Positions 21,174 to 28,432 of a DNA stretch of 32,000 bases are shown piece by piece. The stretch is from Candidatus Pelagibacter ubique HTCC1062 (GTDB lineage: Bacteria > Pseudomonadota > Alphaproteobacteria > Pelagibacterales > Pelagibacteraceae): the NCBI RefSeq assembly GCF_000012345.1, contig NC_007205.1:240001-272000 (forward strand). The letters are read 5' to 3'. Position 1 is the first letter of the stretch. The number at the start of each line of letters is the position of its first letter. The notes beneath the pieces are model-generated. The model was not told the origin of the DNA. It did no database searches and was given only the letters and a program-made list of their open reading frames with translations. The translations under genes were made by a program, and so were the position numbers.

Positions 21174-22090
21174 TGGGAATTTTTGATAAATTTAAAATTG
21201 GTTTTAAGAAAAGTGCTTCTACATTTACATCTGGTTTAAGAGATATAATTGTAAAAAAAGAAATAGATGACAAAACATTAGATCAAATTGAAGAATATTT
21301 GATTCAATCAGATGTTGGTCTTGTTGCAGCTGAAGAAATTAAAAAAATTATTGCTCAAGAAAAAATTGACCCCAAAAAAGATATTATGCATGAGGTAAAC
21401 TTGATTCTTAGAAACTATATAGTTACTTTAATGAAACCTTTGGAAAATGAGAATTTTTTTAATAAAAAAGAAAAACTTAATGCAGTCCTAGTATCGGGAG
21501 TTAACGGGGTTGGAAAAACAACAACTATTGGAAAAGTTGGTAAAATTTTAAAATCTAATGGTAACAAGGTTATGTTTTCTGCCTGTGATACGTTTAGAGC
21601 AGCTGCTATAGAACAATTAGAAAGTTGGGCTAATAAAATTGATGTGCAAATTACAAAATCTACTCAAGGATCCGACCCGGCATCAGTTGCCTACAAGGCA
21701 ATAGAAGAGGCATTAAAGAACGATTTTAACCATGTTTTGATCGATACGGCAGGGAGATTACAAAATAAAAAAAATTTAATGGAAGAATACAAAAAAATTG
21801 CCCATGTAACAAAAAAAATAGACCCAGATGCTCCTCACGATGTAATCCTAGTGCTTGACGCAACCTCTGGCCAAAATGTTATCAGTCAAGTTGAAGAGTT
21901 TAACAAAATTATACCTCTTACTGGTTTGATAATGACAAAATTAGATGGTACTGCAAAAGGAGGAATTTTATTAGCCCTTGCTAAAAAATATAAGCTTCCA
22001 ATAATTGCTCTTGGACTTGGTGAAAAAGAGGATGATTTACAAATTTTTAATGCAGAAAAATTTGCAGAAGCATTTACTCAAATTAATTGA
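21173..22090 (+). CDS. ftsY: SRP receptor FtsY, short form without an acidic A domain
   Basis: 305 aa. NG domain GVNGVGKTTT / DTAGR / TKLDG. The ATG overlaps the dapF stop (TAATG). Confidence 0.95.
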   Translation: MGIFDKFKIGFKKSASTFTSGLRDIIVKKEIDDKTLDQIEEYLIQSDVGLVAAEEIKKIIAQEKIDPKKDIMHEVNLILRNYIVTLMKPLENENFFNKKEKLNAVLVSGVNGVGKTTTIGKVGKILKSNGNKVMFSACDTFRAAAIEQLESWANKIDVQITKSTQGSDPASVAYKAIEEALKNDFNHVLIDTAGRLQNKKNLMEEYKKIAHVTKKIDPDAPHDVILVLDATSGQNVISQVEEFNKIIPLTGLIMTKLDGTAKGGILLALAKKYKLPIIALGLGEKEDDLQIFNAEKFAEAFTQIN

Positions 22091-22646
22091 TTAAATTATT
22101 CGAAATTAAAGGTTTATAATAATTACATTTATAATTTTCTTTTAATTGTGAGTGACCACAGTTTTTTGCGATCGATGAAATTATAAATTCAAATTTTCCA
22201 CTAGAAGGATATTGATTTAACTTTTTATTAGTAATATCGAATTGAAAATTTTTATTAATATTTTTAATAGCACTAATCATAACTAATGTATTATTATCTT
22301 TTAATAAATAATAAGCAAAATCTTCAGGGAACACTGGAAAATCATACTCTTCTAAAAAAAATTTAGCCTTTGAAGGAAACCACTCGTATGAAATTAGAGG
22401 AAGTGAAGTTTTTGTTTTATAGTTATAGATATAAAGATCCTGAGGAAAATCAGTTATATAATTAGATTCTTCCCCTCGTGCTAAAATAGGTTTTTCTCTA
22501 GTTTTAAAATAAAGACTAAAATTTTCATCATGTGAATTCATCTGACCTATATGAAAAAAATTATCCGCAGAATAATCTTTTTCATCCGCATAAGTAAAAT
22601 TAGCTACAAAGATTATAATAAATAAAGTCCTAACAATTTTTTTCAT
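22083..22646 (-). CDS. Hypothetical secreted/periplasmic protein
   Basis: 187 aa. N-terminal signal-peptide-like MKKIVRTLFIIIFVANFTYA|DE. Tyr/Phe/Asn-rich with two C-terminal Cys. I recognise no family. Its 3' end overlaps the ftsY 3' end by 8 nt (convergent). Confidence 0.65.
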   Translation of the reverse strand: MKKIVRTLFIIIFVANFTYADEKDYSADNFFHIGQMNSHDENFSLYFKTREKPILARGEESNYITDFPQDLYIYNYKTKTSLPLISYEWFPSKAKFFLEEYDFPVFPEDFAYYLLKDNNTLVMISAIKNINKNFQFDITNKKLNQYPSSGKFEFIISSIAKNCGHSQLKENYKCNYYKPLISNNLIN

Positions 22647-22704
22647 ACTTATTGTATAAATATGAAATTTGTAAATTATTTGTTTAGATTGTGGCTTAAT
22701 TTAT

Positions 22705-23598
22705 TTAAACTTTTCTCTTAACTATATATACCCCACCAAAAACAAGGGCTGTCCCTATATAATGATAATACTCGAGTTGCTCATTAAAGAATAAAACTCC
22801 ATAAATAGCACTATAAACTGTAAAAATGTAAAGAGTAAATCCAGTTATAGATGCCCCAAGTTTTTTTTGTGCCATTGTATACAAGGTAAAAGCTATAATT
22901 CCCGGTGAAATAGCTGCAAATAAAACCCACATAAAAAAATCAGAATTAAATACAGTTCTTACAAAAAAAGCTTCTTCGATTAGATAAAATGGGAGCAAGC
23001 TAACCACTCCAAAAAATGCAATCAAAGTAAATCTATCAAAAATTTTTAGATTAGTTTTCCAATAAAATAGATAAATAGAATAAAGAGCCCAACCTATTGC
23101 AGAAGCTAGCATCCAGAGGTCACCAATTGTGAATTTAAGACTAATTAATAAAGATAAATCACCTTTAATAATAATGGCAAAAACACCTATTAAACATGAA
23201 ACTAGTCCAATAATCCTAAGAAGATTGATTTTTTCCTTAAAAAATAAACTTGAGATTATGATTATAAAAATTGGAGAAGAGGAATATATAATTCCCATGT
23301 TGGTAACCGTTGTTGTTTGACCAGCTAAAAATGGAAAAGCTCCACAAACTCCACAACCCATCGATCCAATGAAAAATATTCTTTTATATTCTTGTTTTAC
23401 AAACTTAAAATTTTTTTTTAAAGAACTGTAGGTGAATGGTAGTAATATTAAAAAAACTGCAGTCCATCTCCAAAAAGCTAAAGATATTGGAGGAACATAC
23501 TCAACCCCACCTCTTGCAACGATTAAGTTGCTAGCCATAAAAATTGGTTGAATAAATAATAATAAGAAAGGTAAATAGCTATTTTTAGAATTATTCAC
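22705..23598 (-). CDS. EamA/DMT-family (10-TM) transporter
   Basis: 297 aa, hydrophobic throughout with the duplicated EamA-like 5+5 helix pattern. The start at 23598 is GTG. No upstream ATG preserves the first helix. Confidence 0.85.
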   Translation of the reverse strand: MNNSKNSYLPFLLLFIQPIFMASNLIVARGGVEYVPPISLAFWRWTAVFLILLPFTYSSLKKNFKFVKQEYKRIFFIGSMGCGVCGAFPFLAGQTTTVTNMGIIYSSSPIFIIIISSLFFKEKINLLRIIGLVSCLIGVFAIIIKGDLSLLISLKFTIGDLWMLASAIGWALYSIYLFYWKTNLKIFDRFTLIAFFGVVSLLPFYLIEEAFFVRTVFNSDFFMWVLFAAISPGIIAFTLYTMAQKKLGASITGFTLYIFTVYSAIYGVLFFNEQLEYYHYIGTALVFGGVYIVKRKV

Positions 23599-23610
23599 TT
23601 AAAAGAAGAT

Positions 23611-23790
23611 TTAATTCTTGTCGAAAAAAGCTTCGTAGAACATCATAAAAATTGCTACTGCCATTAAAATAAACACTGGCAATATATCCCAAAATCCTAT
23701 CATCGAAGATCTAGTTAAAGTTGTTGCAAGGCCAATAAGAAATAATGTTGCAAGGCCTGACCCGATTAGAGTTGTTATTTTATTTAGCAT
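23611..23790 (-). CDS. Small (59 aa) two-helix membrane protein, not in the supplied ORF track
   Basis: Hand translation of the minus strand gives MLNKITTLIGSGLATLFLIGLATTLTRSSMIGFWDILPVFILMAVAIFMMFYEAFFDKN*. The ATG at 23790 overlaps the amidase 3' end by 11 nt, with an in-frame upstream stop at 23809-11. The ORF ends 12 nt before the EamA start. It fills an otherwise unexplained 181-nt gap in a tightly packed gene block. Confidence 0.55.
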   Translation of the reverse strand: MLNKITTLIGSGLATLFLIGLATTLTRSSMIGFWDILPVFILMAVAIFMMFYEAFFDKN

Positions 23791-25117
23791 ATTTTTTACA
23801 ATTTTTTTCTAGCCAGTTAGCTACACCTAGAAATCTTAAATCATCTAGCTTGTCTCCAATTAGCTGTATACCTAATGGTAAATTATTTTCTCCAACAAGT
23901 AAAGGTAATGAAATAGATGGTAGACCCATATAAGTCCAAATAGTACAAAATTCAGGGCTTCCAGTGCTCTTGAGACCCTTAGGTGCAACCCCTGCTGATG
24001 ATGGAGTTAACACCCCATGATAATCTTCAAAAACCTCTTTATAAGATTCATAACTTCTCTTCATAAAATCTATCGCTTCAGCATATTCTTTGGCTGAGTA
24101 TTTTAGTCCTCTTTCAATTGCACTGACCATTTCTTTAGAAAGATGTTTTTTTGATTTTTTATAATAACCTTGAAAATTATTTGCCATATCTGTTTCATGA
24201 ATTATTTTATGGTATTTTGGAATATCATCAAAATAGGAAGGGGTATCAAATACTTCAATATTTTTTTTAAAAGTTTTTATAAAGAACTCAAAAGATTTTT
24301 GTGACTCTTTATCAATATTTTTCCAGTTTTTTGTTTTATAAAAAATAAATTTTGGCTCATAAAGTGGTCCTTTTTTACAAACAGTTAACATTTCATCTGC
24401 CGCATAATGAATAGTTGATGGATCGTATAAATCTTTTTTTATTAATGATTTTGCAAATAGGGCAACATCTTCTACCGTTTTTCCGAACACTCCGATGTGA
24501 TCTAATTTATCAGATTGTCTCATCACTCCACTTCGTGAAATCAACCCATAAGAGGGCTTATAACCAACAACTCCACAGTAAGAAGCAGGTCTAATAATTG
24601 AGCCGTTAGTTTGTGATCCAATTGATAATGGTGCCATATGTGCTGCTATAACAGCCGCAGAGCCACTTGATGATCCTCCAGGTGTTCTTGAATTATCATG
24701 TGGGTTAGTAGTTTTGCCTGGGTGAAAATATGCAAGTTCAGTAGTTACAGTCTTTCCCATTACTATTGCTCCCTCAATCTTAAGTAGATTAACAACTTCA
24801 GAATCTTGTGAGCTTGGCATTTTTTTTCTGACAGGAGAACCACATTCAGTGGGCATTTCAAAAGTACCTATTATATCTTTAACTGCTATTGGTAGACCGT
24901 GCAAAGACCCAAGAGGTTTTCCTGATTTTCTATACTCATCTGCTTCAGCAGCTTTTTCTAAAAGCTTTTTTTTATCAAAATATTCCCACGCCTTTACATC
25001 TTTTTCAAATTTTTCAATTCTCTCAATATATTGATTACAAACCTCTACTGAAGAAATCTGACCCGATTTTAAGTGCTCAACTAATTTATTAGTTGTTAGA
25101 GTAAATATATTTAACAT
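23780..25117 (-). CDS. Amidase-signature (GatA-like) family amidohydrolase, substrate unknown
   Basis: 445 aa. AS-family motifs PIAVKDI (Lys), GGSSSGSAAVIAA and GSQTNGSIIRPAS (Ser-cisSer-Lys triad). Confidence 0.92.
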   Translation of the reverse strand: MLNIFTLTTNKLVEHLKSGQISSVEVCNQYIERIEKFEKDVKAWEYFDKKKLLEKAAEADEYRKSGKPLGSLHGLPIAVKDIIGTFEMPTECGSPVRKKMPSSQDSEVVNLLKIEGAIVMGKTVTTELAYFHPGKTTNPHDNSRTPGGSSSGSAAVIAAHMAPLSIGSQTNGSIIRPASYCGVVGYKPSYGLISRSGVMRQSDKLDHIGVFGKTVEDVALFAKSLIKKDLYDPSTIHYAADEMLTVCKKGPLYEPKFIFYKTKNWKNIDKESQKSFEFFIKTFKKNIEVFDTPSYFDDIPKYHKIIHETDMANNFQGYYKKSKKHLSKEMVSAIERGLKYSAKEYAEAIDFMKRSYESYKEVFEDYHGVLTPSSAGVAPKGLKSTGSPEFCTIWTYMGLPSISLPLLVGENNLPLGIQLIGDKLDDLRFLGVANWLEKNCKKYAK

Positions 25118-25127
25118 TTTAAATTAT

Positions 25128-26489
25128 TTAGTTTGCAAATAACGTTTCTGGTAGCCACAAAGCAATACCTGGAAACATATACATAAGAAACATAGCAAAT
25201 ATTACTATTCCTAAGAAAGGCATAATTCCGGCAAATATTTCCATCAATTCAACATTTTTCTTTTGAACGCCCTTTAAGTAATAAGCGGACATAGCCATAG
25301 GAGGTGTTAAAAATGATGTTTGTAAATTTAGAGCGATTAACATTGCAAAGAAATATGGATTAACATCAAACACCTCAAGTAAGGGTAAAAATATTGGAAC
25401 AAATATAATTAGAATTTCAGTCCATTCTAATGGCCATCCTAAAAGAAAAATTATTACTTGAGTAATAATTAAAAATTGCCAAGTTGATATTTCAATTGAT
25501 GTAAAAAAATGTTCAAAAATTTCATGACCACCTAGATAAGAAAATACAGACGAAAAAGTCCAAGAACCAATGAATAACCACATAATCATCGCTGTAGTTT
25601 TTGCTGTTAGAAAAACAGATTCTTTAAAACTTTGCCATTTAAGTGTTTTGTAAAACCAAGATAACAATATAGCACCAAATGCTCCTGCTGCTGCTGCCTC
25701 TGCTGGCGTTGCTATACCTGCTAAGATTGTTCCAAGAACTAACATAATTAATCCAAAAAGAGGAACAAAAGAAACTAATACTTCTTTTAAAATTTCAGCT
25801 CGTGGCGGAATATCTTCTGCTCTTGGCTTAGGTGCAATTGATGGTTGGAGCCAAGCTCTACCTACTGCATAAGCTATATAAAGTCCTGCAAGTAAAAGTC
25901 CTGGAAAAATTGCTGCAGCAAATAATCTCAAAGGAGATAACTGAGCTATTACTGAATAAACAATTAACATGATACTAGGTGGAATTAAAATACCCAAACA
26001 TCCACCCGCACAAATTACTCCTGAAGCAAATTTTTTATCATATCCTGCTTTAACCATTGCAGGCCAAGCAAGTAGACCCATTAGGGTTACAACGGCACCA
26101 ATAATTCCTGTGGCTGTAGAAAATAAAGTACATGTTATTAGAGCAGCTACTGCCATTGAAGCTGGCAATCTGTGAGCTGCAAGTCTTATTGCAAAAAATA
26201 ATTTTGATACAATTCCAGCTCTTTCAACTAGATACCCCATAAATAGAAATAGTGGGACGGCGGTGAGCACGTTATTATCCATAACGGTATAAGTATTTTT
26301 TACAAATAAAGAAAATATCCTATTATCAAATATGTGATCCATTAAAGCAGGATCGTAATAAGCATAATATCCAAAACCTATTCCCATAGCCATTAAAGTG
26401 AAGGCAATTGGAAAACCTAATAGCACCGCAAATAAAAATATCCCCATCATGAAGATGGCAACTTCTGGATTTGTTAAACTAAATAACAT
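25128..26489 (-). CDS. dctM: TRAP transporter large permease subunit
   Basis: 453 aa with about 12 or more TM helices and a DctM-family pattern. It overlaps the dctQ end by 11 nt. The symbol is a family label only and does not imply a substrate. Confidence 0.92.
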   Translation of the reverse strand: MLFSLTNPEVAIFMMGIFLFAVLLGFPIAFTLMAMGIGFGYYAYYDPALMDHIFDNRIFSLFVKNTYTVMDNNVLTAVPLFLFMGYLVERAGIVSKLFFAIRLAAHRLPASMAVAALITCTLFSTATGIIGAVVTLMGLLAWPAMVKAGYDKKFASGVICAGGCLGILIPPSIMLIVYSVIAQLSPLRLFAAAIFPGLLLAGLYIAYAVGRAWLQPSIAPKPRAEDIPPRAEILKEVLVSFVPLFGLIMLVLGTILAGIATPAEAAAAGAFGAILLSWFYKTLKWQSFKESVFLTAKTTAMIMWLFIGSWTFSSVFSYLGGHEIFEHFFTSIEISTWQFLIITQVIIFLLGWPLEWTEILIIFVPIFLPLLEVFDVNPYFFAMLIALNLQTSFLTPPMAMSAYYLKGVQKKNVELMEIFAGIMPFLGIVIFAMFLMYMFPGIALWLPETLFAN

Positions 26490-27066
26490 CTTTTTGATCC
26501 TCGTCCTGCGCTGTTCTCATTAAAATTTGTTCTGTTTCTTCTGCAACAACCATTCTTGCTGGCCAATGTCCAGTTTTAATACAAATAATTGCTCTAAATA
26601 CTTCGGCTATTCCCTGAATAACTAAAAATACTCCCGCAGCTGGTATTAAGGATTTTACCATATAAATATTAATTTGTGCTGGGCTACTCCAACTAGTTTC
26701 TTTTATCTTCCAAGCAAGTGCAGCATATTCATAGCCATAAAATGCTAAAGACACGACACCAGGAAAAAAGAAAATAAAATAAAGTACTAAATCAATATAG
26801 CCTTGTGTTCTTGGTTTAAATAATCTGTAAATTACATCTCCTCTAACATGAGATTCAGTTGCTAAACAATAAGCACCTGACATCATTAATATTGCACCAT
26901 ACATCTGCATGCTAAAGTCAAAATTCCAAAGTGTTGGCTTATTAAATACATAGGCCATCATAACTTCATAACAAGTTCCACCCATCAAAATAACTATACA
27001 CCAAGAAAAAGCCTTACCTATCGAGGTGCTTAACGTGTCAGCTAATTTTATGTAGGCTCTCATCAT
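26479..27066 (-). CDS. dctQ: TRAP transporter small permease subunit
   Basis: 195 aa with 4 hydrophobic helices, positioned between the TRAP solute-binding protein (SBP) gene and the large permease gene. Confidence 0.85.
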   Translation of the reverse strand: MMRAYIKLADTLSTSIGKAFSWCIVILMGGTCYEVMMAYVFNKPTLWNFDFSMQMYGAILMMSGAYCLATESHVRGDVIYRLFKPRTQGYIDLVLYFIFFFPGVVSLAFYGYEYAALAWKIKETSWSSPAQINIYMVKSLIPAAGVFLVIQGIAEVFRAIICIKTGHWPARMVVAEETEQILMRTAQDEDQKDVI

Positions 27067-27108
27067 GATTTGAATAGGATACTCTAATTTTGTTAAAAAC
27101 TGTACTAT

Positions 27109-27133
27109 AAAAAAAGGGGGCCGAAACCCCCTT
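27109..27133 (-). terminator. Intrinsic-terminator-like GC hairpin plus U-tract between dctP and dctQ
   Basis: The minus strand reads AAGGGGG-UUUCGG-CCCCCUU followed by further U residues (7 consecutive T in total). It begins 22 nt after the dctP stop, and its U-tract ends 42 nt before the dctQ start. It is the only strong GC hairpin I found in the window. Confidence 0.55.
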
Positions 27134-27154
27134 CTTAAATTATTAAAAAGTTAA

Positions 27155-28312
27155 TTAGATTTTAACTTTTCCAATTGGTCCAAACTCATTTTCATAAGCT
27201 AGTTTGTAATTAGGCTGATTCATCAGCAAGTACTTCATTACTTTCTTAGCGTATGCTTTTTGAGAGTCTACCACTTTTTTGAAGAATGCATCTTTTCCAG
27301 AGAATTCTCCAACAACTTTATCCCAACCTTTTAACTGTTCAGCTAAAATAGCATCAGATGTTTGGTAAACGTTAACCTTATGTGTGTTCATCAAATCAGC
27401 TAAACTGTCAGAATATCTAACAAGTGCTTTGAAGTAGTTATCTGAGTTAGCAGCATAAGCAGCGTTCTTCAAGATAGCTTGATGAGCAGGTGAAAGGCTG
27501 TTCAGTCTCTTCGTGTTCATAGGAATTTCAAACATCTCTTGAGATTGGTGGAAACTTCCTAAGTGATAGTGTTTAGAGACATCTTGCATTCCAAACTGTG
27601 AGTCTGATGTTGGGTTGTTAAACTCAGCAGCATCGATCAAACCAGTTTTCATTGCTGGTTGGATTTCACCACCTGGTAATTGTCTTACGACCATCCCCAT
27701 AGCAGTTAAAACGTTAGTCGCTAGACCAACTGTTCTATACTTCATACCTTTAACATCAGATACTTTAGTTACATTCTTTTTGAACCAACCAAAAGGTTGT
27801 GCTGGCATAGGCATATGAAAGAATCCAGTGTAGTTATATCCAACACTAGCTACTGCTTCTTCATATAATTTTCTTCCTCCACCATACTCCATCCATCCCA
27901 TAACTTCTTGAGATGACATTCCGTATGAAGGACCAGTTCCAAAAAGTGAAGCTGCAGCGTTTTTACCGTACCAATACGCAGTCACCCAGTGACCCATATC
28001 AACGATTCCATCGCTTACCGCCGCTCCGATTTCTGAAGTTTTAACAATTGCGTTTACAGGCTGAAGATCAATTTTAAGTGATCCACCTGACATATCGCTA
28101 ACCATGTTACAGTAGTCTTGCGCCATTTCAAAAAAGATGTTTGCGCCTGAAGGCCAAGCAGCTTGCATCTTTAATGTAACGTGTCCGTCTGCAGTTGCAA
28201 TATTAGGCATTGCTACAGCTGTTGCTGCTGCTGCACCTGTTACTGCTGCTGCTTTAAAGAACTTACGTCTTGAAGGTGTTGAAGCCTTCAGAGATTTTTT
28301 ATCTTTAATCAT
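27155..28312 (-). CDS. dctP: TRAP transporter periplasmic solute-binding protein with a Tat-type signal peptide
   Basis: 385 aa. N-terminus ...TPSRRKFFKAAAVTGAAAATAVAMPNIATA|DG, i.e. the twin-arginine motif SRRxFxK, an Ala-rich h-region and an A-x-A cleavage site. Followed by dctQ and dctM. Confidence 0.9.
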   Translation of the reverse strand: MIKDKKSLKASTPSRRKFFKAAAVTGAAAATAVAMPNIATADGHVTLKMQAAWPSGANIFFEMAQDYCNMVSDMSGGSLKIDLQPVNAIVKTSEIGAAVSDGIVDMGHWVTAYWYGKNAAASLFGTGPSYGMSSQEVMGWMEYGGGRKLYEEAVASVGYNYTGFFHMPMPAQPFGWFKKNVTKVSDVKGMKYRTVGLATNVLTAMGMVVRQLPGGEIQPAMKTGLIDAAEFNNPTSDSQFGMQDVSKHYHLGSFHQSQEMFEIPMNTKRLNSLSPAHQAILKNAAYAANSDNYFKALVRYSDSLADLMNTHKVNVYQTSDAILAEQLKGWDKVVGEFSGKDAFFKKVVDSQKAYAKKVMKYLLMNQPNYKLAYENEFGPIGKVKI

Positions 28313-28317
28313 TATTT

Positions 28318-28322
28318 CTCCT
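28318..28322 (-). promoter_or_regulatory. Shine-Dalgarno (AGGAG) for dctP
   Basis: The minus strand reads AGAGGAGAAATA-ATG, placing AGGAG 5 nt upstream of the dctP ATG. Confidence 0.5.
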
Positions 28323-28432
28323 CTATTAGTTAATTAACTATAAAGATTTAATTACAAATTAAGATTAGAGTCTATAGTGAAAATGACGCTACAATATCAT
28401 TTTACAATCTGAGATAGAAATAGTTTGTGAAT

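Noticed and set aside
22647-22704. Promoter (TTTACA ... TACAAT) upstream of the orphan secreted protein gene
   Set aside because: The spacer between the two hexamers is only 13 nt. AT-rich hexamers like these are expected by chance.
25128-28312. TRAP operon as a horizontally acquired island, suggested by elevated GC
   Set aside because: There is no integrase, tRNA, flanking direct repeat or IS remnant. The gene junctions are as tight as in the rest of the genome. The composition shift is explained equally well by Ala/Gly-rich membrane and periplasmic proteins and by high-expression codon bias. I kept it only as a low-interest finding.
28390-28408. Direct repeat TACAAT-N7-TACAAT in the 120-nt spacer upstream of dctP, as a promoter or operator
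   Set aside because: The hexamers are -10-like only on the plus strand, which is the wrong orientation for dctP. They are short and AT-rich, and I found no convincing -35/-10 pair on the minus strand. This is not enough for a call.
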